Source of the DNA: Halarcobacter sp.
GTDB taxonomy: Bacteria > Campylobacterota > Campylobacteria > Campylobacterales > Arcobacteraceae
Direction of reading: 5' to 3'
Assembly (NCBI GenBank): GCA_963676565.1
Contig: OY781089.1
Coordinates: 2,912,001-2,976,000 of the forward strand
Length of the DNA stretch: 64,000 nucleotides
This document shows positions 17,407 through 27,037 of this stretch, in pieces. A model generated the notes under the pieces. That model saw only the letters and a program-made list of their open reading frames with translations, ran no database searches and was not told the DNA's origin. A program made the position numbers and the translations under genes. Position 1 is the stretch's first letter, and every line of letters starts with the position of its first letter.

Positions 17407-20400
17407 TTATTCATCCCCTAACTCCAAAATATCAAATATATCATTCAGATATTTCATCTGTTCAATATTGATAACTCTATCATCTCTATATTGTTTAGGA
17501 ATTTTATTTCTAAACTCATCAATATTTAAAGGCTTGTGATTTATAAATTGTTCAATCATCATATCTGATAAAATACATCTTCTATCGTTTATGTCAAATT
17601 CTTTTGAAATCTCATCTTCTCTAAAGTTGATTAGCATTTCTTTTATCTCTTCATCTGGCAAAAATAATTGAGTATATTTATTTTGATTTAGTGTCTCTTC
17701 ATTATGATGATGTTCTTTTTTTTCTTTTTCAATTTCTTCTTGAATATCATCACTAATTTTTTTAACTTCAACCACTTCAATCTCTTGAACAGGCATAGAT
17801 TGTATTTTTCCATGATATTTTGCTTGAGCTTCTTTAACTACTTTTATCAACTTAGAAATTTCATTTTCTCTATTTTTATACCAGTCAACTGACCAAATTC
17901 TATAAACATCCCAGCCAAGTGTTTCTAAAACATCTTGTTTTAATCTATCTCTATCTCTTGCAGATTTAGATGAATGATAAGTTGCACCATCACATTCAAT
18001 AGCTAAAACAAAGTCATTTGGATTTTTAGCTGATGTCACAGCTAAATCAATGAAATATCCAGCAACACCAACTTGAGGAACTGCTTCAAATCCACAATCT
18101 TTTAAAATATTGTAAACAGAAACTTCAAACTCAGAATCAAAATCTCTATTTGTGATTTCTGGAGCTTCTGATACAACACCTTTTTCTAAATAATTTAAAA
18201 ATGCTTTTAGTGCTCTAACACCTCTTGAACTATTCTCAGAAATGATAATATCACTACTTCTCATTGATGTGAAGATTTCCATCTTTTGTTTAGAACGAGT
18301 GAACATAACGTTTAGTCTTCTCCATCCTGTATCAGAATTGATAGGACCAAATCTTTGATAAACTCTTCCTGTGTCTTTGTCTTTTCCAAAAGTTGTAGAG
18401 ATTAAAATTACATCTCTTTCATCCCCTTGAAGATTCTCAAGGTTTTTAATAAAGAATGGTTCACTTGTTTTAGACCATTTAGCAATATAGTTAGAAATAA
18501 TTGGAGATTCTTTTTCTCTTTCATCAACCATATCTTGAATTAAATCTCTTTGTGTAGAGTTAAATGTTCCAATACCAATTGACCTATCTGGATAGTTTTT
18601 CATTTGTTTTTCTAAATGTTCAATGATGATTTTTGCTTCAACTTTGTTTCTACTACTTTGATAAGCAGAATTTTCAATGTAATGATATTTAACACCTAAT
18701 TCATCACTATTTTTGCTTGATGGAGAAGGGAATACAATTAAATTGTCTTCATAAAATTGTTTATTTGAAAAATCAATTAAACTTTCATGTTGAGAACGAT
18801 AATGCCATCTAAGTTGTCTAATAGGTTTGTACAAATTTAAACATATATCTAAAATTGATTCACTTTCACTTGCAACTGTTTCTTCATCTTCTGTTTTATT
18901 CATAGAATCAAAGAATGATGTTGGAGGTAACTGTTTAGGGTCTCCAACAATTACAATTTGATTCACTCTTGCAATTGCTCCTAATGCTTCTTCTGGTTTT
19001 AACTGTGATGCTTCATCAACTATTAAAACATCAAACTCAACTTGATTAGGTGGTAAATATTGAGAAACAGATAATGGACTCATCATAAAACAAGGTTTTA
19101 GTGCTTGAATAGCTCCAGATGCTCTTGCAACTAATTGTCTAATTGGAATATGTCTTTTCTTTTTATTTATCTCATGCTCAACTAAACTATAATCAGTTAA
19201 ATCACTAACTCTGTTCCCTCTGTAACCATATGGAATATCTCTTTGACTTGCTAAATAAGCTACCTTTCGTTTATTTAATTCAATAAGCTTTATATCTAAC
19301 TCTTTAAATGTTTTAAGAGATTCTTCATGAGATAATCTACTAAATCTATTGAAAAGCTCATTCTTTCTAAATATTTCTTTCAATAGAGTGTGATAGAAAT
19401 TGTATTTAAAGTTTTTGATAATTTCAGTATTAGGTAGACTCTCATTTTCAATTGCAGTTATTATTGATGTTAAACTTTGATTATTTAAGTCATGAGTTAT
19501 CTGTCTAAAGTTAATCCAAATAGATAAAGTTTGTTTATTCTCATCTATTTTTTCAAGTTTCTCAATACAGTCACTTATCTTTATATTTTCTCCAAAGAAT
19601 TCATCTTTTATAGAACCTTTTGATTCTATTTCAACATAGATATTTTCAATATTTTTTTGTGTCGCTGCAATTGATTCAAGAATACTCATATTATCAATAT
19701 TTTGAGTTATATATTGTTTTAGATTATTATCAAGATTAGAGCCAAATATAAACTCATATAGCTCTTTTGTTCTAACTATCTGTTCATATAGTTCATCACT
19801 AAGTTCTATATCAATATTTTTAATTGATGAATTTATTTTTTGAGATAAATTAATGAACTCTTCAAAATTTAATATGAAATGATTAATTCCTACATCATTT
19901 CTTTTTAATATAGCAAATATATCTTCTAATTCATCACTTGTTATTAATTTAAATAGTTCTTCTTCTAAATTTGAGTTTTGATTTAAATTAGATGCCTTAT
20001 AAAATGATTCAATCAAATAATCAATATCATCATTGATAGTCTCTAATTTGTCTTTTAATTCGATTATATCAATATCATCTTTATCATAGTAAAGTTTTTT
20101 AATAAACTTTTTATCAGATGTTTTTTCTATTTCATTTAATAAATTATTATACGATTCTAAGTTTCCTGTCAATGAATCTTTATATGAAATTAATAAATTA
20201 TATTTTGATGTTTCTCCAGAGATTAATAAGTTTAGAATCTCTGAGATGTTTATCTCTTTTTTTATAACTAAAACCCAATTATGAAGTTTTTCAATATCAT
20301 TAGTGTTAGTTTCTATACCATTAAACATATTTTTAAAATATTCTATATAATGTTCATTATTTTCAAATTGTTCTCTACAATAAATATATTCTTTTATTTT

Positions 20401-22827
20401 AGTAATAATACTATTCCATTCAGAGTTGTTTTTAGGAAGAGAATCTAATAATAAAGAATTGATTAGTTTTTTTGCTGTTTTAAATTCTCCAGATAGAAAA
20501 TTAAAAAAAGAATCTTTTTTATCTTGGATAACCTTTTCGGCATAGTCAATCTCTTTAATTGAGATACTATCTACTTTATCAATTGATGCAATTAATCTTA
20601 AGTCTAATCGTAATTGTTTATAGTAACTTAAATCTTTTTTCATATCATCAAACTCTTTTGAGAATGATGTATCTAAGTAATTTGTGTTAATTGAAGAGTA
20701 TAAAGCTTCATCAACATGAGATAAGTATTTAATACCATTACACAGTTGATTAATGTATTCAATGTTCTTATTATTAGATGTGGTAGCTTCATTTTTGATA
20801 TGTTTTAAAATCTTATTAATCTTTGATATATTAATGATTAATTGTTCAAATAATTCACTGTTTTTACTAAAAGCTTCAATATCATTTTTAATATTTGATA
20901 TTGCATTTTTTACACTTTCAAAATTAGATAAATATTCATCATAGACATTCGGATTTTGAGATAGATTAGATAATATATTTTTAGAATATTCATCATCTCT
21001 TTTATTATATTCTTCTACAAAAGAATGAATCTTTTTACTTTCTGTATATTCATTTTGAATTTCAATATTTAATGATTTATATTGTTCTTCAAGCTTTTCA
21101 AAATCAAACTTAAGAGATTTAAGAGTTGTTATAAATGTATCTATATCAACAAAATTAAGATTATATGTATCTAAACCTCTCCAATAAAAGTTATTAAAGT
21201 CATACTCTTTTAAATAAGATTGATACTTTTTTAATATCTCAATCGTATTTGATAGTTTGTACGCATTATATTCATTTGCATTAGGAACATCAAATTTTAG
21301 GTATTCAGAAGACTTACTATATCTTTCAACTAACCAAAATATATTATAAACTTTTTTGTTTATTGCTCCATATGGTTCATGTAATAAATCAATATATGCT
21401 TTTAGTTCTTTCTTTTTTGCTTCAATTTGCTCAATTGTAATTTCTATGTATTCAACATAACCATATTTAGAGTCAATTCTTTTTTTGATACTTTCTAATA
21501 TTTTTGTTTTTTGTGATTTATGACTATGTAATTCTAAACAAAAATCTGAAAGACCAATTGAGCCAAGTCTTTTATGAACTACTTCTAATGCAGCAAGTTT
21601 TTCAGAAACAAATAAAACTGATTTTCCTTCAGCTAATAGTGCAGCAATTAAATTTGAAATTGTTTGGGACTTTCCTGTTCCTGGGGGTCCTTCTATTACA
21701 ATGTTTTTGCCATTTAAAACATCAACAATTGCACTATGTTGTGAAGAGTCAGCATTCATAACAAGAGGAATTTTATTCGCTAACTTATCTCCATCAATAT
21801 CATACTCCTCTGCAAACATTGCAGATTCAGATATTTCTTTTCCTTCAAAAATGTCTTTAAAAATATCTTTTTCAGATAAAGGTGTACCATTTTTCCAATT
21901 TTCTTCATTTAAATCTTGATACATTAGTATCTTCCCAAATTTTAGAAAATCAATTGCTATTTCATGTTTTAATGACCAATCTTTTTGTAGTTTTATAGCT
22001 TCACTTACTTCTTTTAAGTAGTCATAATAACTTAGCTCTTCTGTAAGTTCTGGAAGAATAATTCCATAGTCATTATTTAACTTTTCAGCTAATGACCTGT
22101 TTGTATCAATTCCAGCACCAGTATATTCTAAAGTAAATTCATATCTGTTGGCTCTTTTTTCTTTATTTAAAACAATTGGAATACTGATAAGTGGAGATTT
22201 ATTAGATTGTTCAGAGTTTTTTGCTTCTTTCCATTCTAATAATCCAAGAACAAGATAAAGCATGTTTGAACCAGTTTCTTCAATAATTGTTCTTGCATCT
22301 CTTTCAATTGAAGTTAATATTTTTTCCATTTCATTTGGATAATGAAGTGTCTGTAAAGAATCATCTGTATGTTTTTCTTCCACATCAGAACTATTTAAAT
22401 CAATTTCTGGAAGCTCTTTTGAAATATCATACCCTAATTCTTTTGCTCTTTCTTCTGCTGTAAGTAATGCTTGTTTTTGAAGCTCTTTCTTTTCTTCTTG
22501 TAAGCCTTCAATGATGAACTGCAATTGTTTAATAGCTTCATCATTTTCTTGTTTTATAGCTTCTTCTAATTCTTTCCTATGCTCATTGATTTCTTCATCA
22601 ATTTTTTCAAAATCTTTTTGAGAAATTGCTGGTTCTGGAATGAATTCAAATTTAAATGTGCCTTCTTCTTTAACTAAAAAGTTATAAATGAATTCAGCAG
22701 ATTCATCAATAATTCTTAGATTTTTAGTTTTAGAAGGTCTTTTATAGTTTATAAGTTTATTTCTTCTTGATGTATCAATTAACTTGTCTCGTAATTCACT
22801 AATTCCTCTTGAAAATAAATTACTCAT
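17407..22827 (-). CDS. DUF4011 + SF1 (DNA2/NAM7) helicase + Vsr/DUF559-like nuclease; Hhe-like anti-phage protein
   Basis: LIDTSRRNKLINY (DUF4011), GPPGTGKSQT, DEASQ, GDPKQLPPT, HYRS, QGDERD, RLNVMFTRSK, FDSEFE...IDLAV...AIECDGATYH...LGW. Confidence 0.88.
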   Translation of the reverse strand: MSNLFSRGISELRDKLIDTSRRNKLINYKRPSKTKNLRIIDESAEFIYNFLVKEEGTFKFEFIPEPAISQKDFEKIDEEINEHRKELEEAIKQENDEAIKQLQFIIEGLQEEKKELQKQALLTAEERAKELGYDISKELPEIDLNSSDVEEKHTDDSLQTLHYPNEMEKILTSIERDARTIIEETGSNMLYLVLGLLEWKEAKNSEQSNKSPLISIPIVLNKEKRANRYEFTLEYTGAGIDTNRSLAEKLNNDYGIILPELTEELSYYDYLKEVSEAIKLQKDWSLKHEIAIDFLKFGKILMYQDLNEENWKNGTPLSEKDIFKDIFEGKEISESAMFAEEYDIDGDKLANKIPLVMNADSSQHSAIVDVLNGKNIVIEGPPGTGKSQTISNLIAALLAEGKSVLFVSEKLAALEVVHKRLGSIGLSDFCLELHSHKSQKTKILESIKKRIDSKYGYVEYIEITIEQIEAKKKELKAYIDLLHEPYGAINKKVYNIFWLVERYSKSSEYLKFDVPNANEYNAYKLSNTIEILKKYQSYLKEYDFNNFYWRGLDTYNLNFVDIDTFITTLKSLKFDFEKLEEQYKSLNIEIQNEYTESKKIHSFVEEYNKRDDEYSKNILSNLSQNPNVYDEYLSNFESVKNAISNIKNDIEAFSKNSELFEQLIINISKINKILKHIKNEATTSNNKNIEYINQLCNGIKYLSHVDEALYSSINTNYLDTSFSKEFDDMKKDLSYYKQLRLDLRLIASIDKVDSISIKEIDYAEKVIQDKKDSFFNFLSGEFKTAKKLINSLLLDSLPKNNSEWNSIITKIKEYIYCREQFENNEHYIEYFKNMFNGIETNTNDIEKLHNWVLVIKKEINISEILNLLISGETSKYNLLISYKDSLTGNLESYNNLLNEIEKTSDKKFIKKLYYDKDDIDIIELKDKLETINDDIDYLIESFYKASNLNQNSNLEEELFKLITSDELEDIFAILKRNDVGINHFILNFEEFINLSQKINSSIKNIDIELSDELYEQIVRTKELYEFIFGSNLDNNLKQYITQNIDNMSILESIAATQKNIENIYVEIESKGSIKDEFFGENIKISDCIEKLEKIDENKQTLSIWINFRQITHDLNNQSLTSIITAIENESLPNTEIIKNFKYNFYHTLLKEIFRKNELFNRFSRLSHEESLKTFKELDIKLIELNKRKVAYLASQRDIPYGYRGNRVSDLTDYSLVEHEINKKKRHIPIRQLVARASGAIQALKPCFMMSPLSVSQYLPPNQVEFDVLIVDEASQLKPEEALGAIARVNQIVIVGDPKQLPPTSFFDSMNKTEDEETVASESESILDICLNLYKPIRQLRWHYRSQHESLIDFSNKQFYEDNLIVFPSPSSKNSDELGVKYHYIENSAYQSSRNKVEAKIIIEHLEKQMKNYPDRSIGIGTFNSTQRDLIQDMVDEREKESPIISNYIAKWSKTSEPFFIKNLENLQGDERDVILISTTFGKDKDTGRVYQRFGPINSDTGWRRLNVMFTRSKQKMEIFTSMRSSDIIISENSSRGVRALKAFLNYLEKGVVSEAPEITNRDFDSEFEVSVYNILKDCGFEAVPQVGVAGYFIDLAVTSAKNPNDFVLAIECDGATYHSSKSARDRDRLKQDVLETLGWDVYRIWSVDWYKNRENEISKLIKVVKEAQAKYHGKIQSMPVQEIEVVEVKKISDDIQEEIEKEKKEHHHNEETLNQNKYTQLFLPDEEIKEMLINFREDEISKEFDINDRRCILSDMMIEQFINHKPLNIDEFRNKIPKQYRDDRVINIEQMKYLNDIFDILELGDE

Positions 22828-22897
22828 TTGCTTCCTTGTTTAAATTGTATTCCAAAATATCATATTATAAAATATTTAAATTACCTAATTAAGTAAT

Positions 22898-23821
22898 TCA
22901 TTGTTTTTTTAAATATTCATCTATATTCTTTTTAATCTCTTTTTTTAACTCATCTGGTTCAATAACAGATATATATGGCATATATCTTTGAATTGTTGGA
23001 ATAATTTCCATCAAATCAGTTATTGTCACTTCTATTTCAAGAGAACCATCTTTATGTTTTTTTAAAATTCTTTGGGCAGATGATAATGGTTTTCTTATAA
23101 AATATCTTGCAACATTTCTATAAATATATAGTTGAACATTAATAAGCTCATTTTCTGGTTTATAATAAGCTGTTATTGCTTTATCAAAACCTTTTACTTT
23201 CTTTTTATCAAATTGAAAGTTTGAATGAAGAACTTCAATTTCTTTAATTGTATTAAGATGAAATGTTTTAATTTTGTCATCTTTAGGTTCATAAATAATT
23301 AGATACCAATATCCTTCAAGATTTAAAATCTTCAAAGGAAAGATTTCTCTGTGCTTATTGTTATAAAAACATTTGATTATATTTTTTGCCTCAATAGCAT
23401 TTCTAATTTGAATTATTTCTTCTTTGAATTCATCAAATTTTTCTACCGAGGATTGTTGATAAATGTTATTAGACAATTCATCTTCAAATTTATGAAATAG
23501 AGCATCAGTCTTTTCAAATAAATCCTCATCTGTATGTTTGTCTTTTGATTTAAATTTTAAGATAGAAATAACAGCTAATTCATCTGCATTAAAAAGTGTT
23601 TTTGTTAAAAAATTGTTAGATGCTTTATAAACTTTTTCAGAATAATTGTATTTTATCTTTTCATCTAAAAATAATGGAATAATGTAATCTTTAAAATCAG
23701 TTTGAATGATTTTTTTAGAAACTCCAAATCTTTCAGCAACATCAGGTGTAGATAAAGAATAACCTTTTGAAAGTAGTGTAAGAATGGATGATAATCTCTT
23801 TATTCTATTTGTTAAGTTCAT
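22898..23821 (-). CDS. WYL-domain transcriptional regulator (wHTH-WYL-WCX)
   Basis: N-terminal HTH (DVAERFGVSKKIIQTD), GYWYLI motif, KTFHLNTI, C-terminal VIEPDELK. Confidence 0.92.
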   Translation of the reverse strand: MNLTNRIKRLSSILTLLSKGYSLSTPDVAERFGVSKKIIQTDFKDYIIPLFLDEKIKYNYSEKVYKASNNFLTKTLFNADELAVISILKFKSKDKHTDEDLFEKTDALFHKFEDELSNNIYQQSSVEKFDEFKEEIIQIRNAIEAKNIIKCFYNNKHREIFPLKILNLEGYWYLIIYEPKDDKIKTFHLNTIKEIEVLHSNFQFDKKKVKGFDKAITAYYKPENELINVQLYIYRNVARYFIRKPLSSAQRILKKHKDGSLEIEVTITDLMEIIPTIQRYMPYISVIEPDELKKEIKKNIDEYLKKQ

Positions 23822-23951
23822 TTAAATATAATATAACAAAACCATTAATTTATTACTTAAAAAAGTTATTTTAAATCAATCACATTTATTTTTTTTGTGC
23901 CTAATTTACTAAATTACTTAATTAGGTACTTCACTATGAATAAAATAATTT

Positions 23952-24397
23952 AAAAAAGCTTAGAGATTTGATATAAATGAATTAAAAAACTCAACTTACC
24001 ATAATTATTGAAGTAGTCTTTTTCTTGGCTACATCTGGCATTTAATATTCTATCTTTTGAATATACTTATTATACAAAGAGATATGAGGACACTCTTCTT
24101 TGATTTGTTTTACTTTTAGATCTATATTTACATACAGTTGAGTACAACTTTCTACATTTTCTGTTGTTGGGTTCACTGATAAAAGACCTGCACATAGACT
24201 GTGAACATCATTTAAAACTTTAATATCATCTGTGATTCTTATAAAGTTAGGAAGTTCTTCATTCATTTTAGAGTGTACATATGAAGTTAAAACATATGAA
24301 ACTCCTATGCCAATAAGTGCTGAAATAGATGTTATCTTTAATAGTCTTATAACTTTGTTTTTCATCTTAAAATCATATCAAATCTCTAAGCTTTTTT
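23952..24397. repeat. Perfect 23-bp inverted repeat flanking the 107-aa ORF
   Basis: AAAAAAGCTTAGAGATTTGATAT at 23952-23974; exact reverse complement at 24375-24397. Confidence 0.9.
24042..24365 (-). CDS. Small membrane-anchored hypothetical protein
   Basis: N-terminal hydrophobic helix, three Cys; TGATATGAT extended -10-like motif 6 nt before ATG (possibly leaderless). Confidence 0.65.
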   Translation of the reverse strand: MKNKVIRLLKITSISALIGIGVSYVLTSYVHSKMNEELPNFIRITDDIKVLNDVHSLCAGLLSVNPTTENVESCTQLYVNIDLKVKQIKEECPHISLYNKYIQKIEY

Positions 24398-24467
24398 CAA
24401 ATAACTTACTTGAGCTTTATATTCTTTGAACTATCTTGATATTTCATCTTCTTAACTCTTTACCTTT

Positions 24468-24956
24468 TCTTGAGGTTGCACAGAATATTGGCCTAAGAGA
24501 AAAAAATCTCTTAAGTGTAATCTTTCCGTCGGAAGTCCCAAAAGAATGGGAATAGAATTAAATTATATTGTCATATCTCAATATCTTTAACGAGAACTGT
24601 CTTTTAAAGACACACTTGGGCGGAGCCCCTTACCCTTTGCAGCAATTTCTTGCAAGTTCAAGTGATTGGCTAATCTCCTAAAGCATCGATTAAAGCTCGG
24701 CATATCTGGTGATATAAACAGTCTATTTCCGAAACTATTCAAAAGACAGAGTCTTTTTTATTCTTCAACCCATATGCTTTAAAGCACTTAGGAGAGGGAA
24801 TCGGCACACCAAAGGCGGGTTTTTCTTTTGCTTATATATGAGGGCTTAGAACAATGATAAGAAACTGTATCAACAAACAATTCTGCTTTAGGTTGTTTTT
24901 GACACCAATAGGCACCTCAAAAGCTCTTCTAAAAAAAACCAAAAAAAGCTTTTATT
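24468..24956 (-). ncRNA. Candidate large structured non-coding RNA (unknown family)
   Basis: No long ORF, locally GC-richer, 5'-3' closing helix, many nested hairpins whose irregular pairs are G-U on the minus strand, GAAA tetraloop, TATAAT at 24968-24963. Confidence 0.6.
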
Positions 24957-25247
24957 TTCTGTATTATATTCACTATGGAAAATTAATCCACTGTAATATA
25001 TAAAATTTGTAAAATAATTTTTATATATTCTTTCTTTTGTAAAAAATATATTTACATTAACCATATAATAGATGGTTTATAAAAGTTATTACACTAAATT
25101 AAACTTAATCAAACATTAAAGTAATAAAAATAATTAAATTTAAGAATTTAAAAGTTAATTATATTAAAGTTAAGAAAATTTTAAGAATAACCTTATAATA
25201 TTTTCCTCAAGAGATGGCCATCTCCTAAAAAACAATTAGGAGAACTA

Positions 25248-25940
25248 ATGAAAAAAACATACCCGAATAAAATCAAGATTGAATTTGATTTTACAAATGA
25301 AGAAAGAACTTACAGCAAAGAAGAAATTGTAAATGATTATATTTTCAGATGTTTGGAAAATATAGAAAGAGCTGTTTTAAATAAGTATATAAATACGTAT
25401 GGCGATCCAACTTGTGGATTATGGAATCAAGTTGAAATCTTATGTACCAACTTTGTCTCTACACTTGAGAAAATAATTGAAACTAATGATTTAGAATATT
25501 CAAACTTTATCATTAATAACATAGAACAATTTCTAACTAAAGATAGAAAATATAGACAACAAAACCAAAAGCTTTTTTTACCATCTTTAGATATTGAGAA
25601 CTTGGATGATGAATCTTTTGTTTGTGAACTTCTTGGATTAAAGAGTGAAACAAAAGACGTTAGAAAAAATTTAGAGAAAATCAAAAGTAAATATTACTTT
25701 GAAGATTCGGAAGAGGTAAGTCATTGCATTAAAAAAGACTATATTGCTTCTTACGGAGATATTATTGGTAAGGTATTTACACAGTTAGAAATTTTTCATG
25801 AGCAAATTTTAGAGATCTATGAAGAGGCAATGAAAATTAATGATTCAAACTTTTACACAAAGTTTGTAAGCAACAATATTGATGAGTTTTTAATTAGAGA
25901 CCAAAAGTATTTAAATGCTCAATTAAAAAGGAGTATCTAA
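25248..25940 (+). CDS. Hypothetical protein with internal domain duplication
   Basis: AGGAG SD; two related halves (YINTYGD...NNIEQFLTKDRKY / YIASYGD...NNIDEFLIRDQKY). Confidence 0.8.
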   Translation: MKKTYPNKIKIEFDFTNEERTYSKEEIVNDYIFRCLENIERAVLNKYINTYGDPTCGLWNQVEILCTNFVSTLEKIIETNDLEYSNFIINNIEQFLTKDRKYRQQNQKLFLPSLDIENLDDESFVCELLGLKSETKDVRKNLEKIKSKYYFEDSEEVSHCIKKDYIASYGDIIGKVFTQLEIFHEQILEIYEEAMKINDSNFYTKFVSNNIDEFLIRDQKYLNAQLKRSI

Positions 25941-26218
25941 TGAATTTTAGTGGGAATGCAAATGAAGAATTTCTATTCAGATTTATAGAACAAAAAATTA
26001 CTGAAGGATCTATTGAAAATATAGACTTCAGTAAGTGCAGTATATCAGGTTACGATTTCTCTCATATAAAATTTTATAATGTAAGCTTTAAAAAAGCTGC
26101 TCTTGTTGATTGTAATTTCGACAATGCAACTTTTGAAAATGTTAATTTAGATTTAGTAACTATTGAAAAGTGTAGTTTTGAAAATGTAGAATTGATAAAT
26201 ACCGAGTTGACTTATTAG
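25940..26218 (+). CDS. Pentapeptide-repeat protein
   Basis: Repeating IDFSK/YDFSH/VSFKK/CNFDN/ATFEN/CSFEN units; TAATG coupling. Confidence 0.85.
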   Translation: MNFSGNANEEFLFRFIEQKITEGSIENIDFSKCSISGYDFSHIKFYNVSFKKAALVDCNFDNATFENVNLDLVTIEKCSFENVELINTELTY

Positions 26219-26227
26219 ATATATACA

Positions 26228-26254
26228 ATAAGGGAGATTATTACTCTCTTATTA
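26228..26254. terminator. Putative intrinsic terminator between convergent genes
   Basis: AATAAGGGAG-attatta-CTCTCTTATT hairpin. Confidence 0.5.
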
Positions 26255-26302
26255 TTAACTTGTTAAGTTATATAAATTCCTTTATTTTGAATATTTTATC
26301 CT

Positions 26303-27037
26303 CTATATATTATCCTTCTCTAATAAGTCTATGTATCTTAATAAAAGTCTTCCTAATGGAGTTATAGTATGTCCAATTGCTTTAATCATTCCTGTTTCTT
26401 CATCAAACTCTGGGAGTTCTCCTTTTCGTGGCTTTTTAAAATTTCTTTGTAATAAATTAAATCTCACAAGTTTATCTCTATATGTATCAAATAAAATACT
26501 TTGATCAATCAGCTCAGAAGATAAACCAAGTTCTTCAGTATGAGACATAAGAAGTTCTTCATGTTTTTTATTGAACTCATCATCATATCTTGCTTCATCA
26601 GTATGACTATATAAAATTAGAACCTCTATATCATTTAATTCATTCATAATATTAAGAAAAATATTTTTTTGAATTTCATCAAGATTATCATCATCTAATC
26701 CATTAATCAAAATAGATGCTAAATATTCTTTTCTTTCATTTGATGTAGCCTTAGTAGATTGCCAACTTGCTTCTGAAAATAGATCTAAAAATCCTTCATC
26801 TGTCATTTTAGATTTTAAAGTATTAATATCTTCACCCATTTCTCCAAGTTTTCTATCCAAAACTTTTAGAAAGTCACTTATTCTATCCATTCTTTGACCT
26901 GGAATAAGAGAACCGATCATTTCGGCTAAAATAGGTCCAGCAATAGGAATAGCTCCTATTCCACCTTTTACATATCCAGTTAGTGTATCTACTGACTGCT
27001 CTTCTGTGTCATAAACTGTAATTTCATCATTTTTCAT
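26303..27037 (-). CDS. Hypothetical protein, Abi-alpha/DUF4393-like architecture
   Basis: GAIPIAGPILAE N-terminus, ERKEYLASIL, ELNDIEVLIL, C-terminal wHTH ending ITPLGRLLL. Confidence 0.5.
   Translation of the reverse strand: MKNDEITVYDTEEQSVDTLTGYVKGGIGAIPIAGPILAEMIGSLIPGQRMDRISDFLKVLDRKLGEMGEDINTLKSKMTDEGFLDLFSEASWQSTKATSNERKEYLASILINGLDDDNLDEIQKNIFLNIMNELNDIEVLILYSHTDEARYDDEFNKKHEELLMSHTEELGLSSELIDQSILFDTYRDKLVRFNLLQRNFKKPRKGELPEFDEETGMIKAIGHTITPLGRLLLRYIDLLEKDNI

Noticed and set aside
24588..24704. 38-codon minus-strand ORF (MPSFNRCFRRL...) as a type I toxin inside the structured region
   Set aside because: No SD and no hydrophobic segment.
24468..24956. Identification as RNase P RNA, tmRNA, group I/II intron, retron msr-msd or cobalamin riboswitch
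   Set aside because: Only partial look-alikes (GGAAGTCC, CTTAGAACAATG), not in the right order or context; no tRNA-like ends, no domain V, and no reverse transcriptase in the window.
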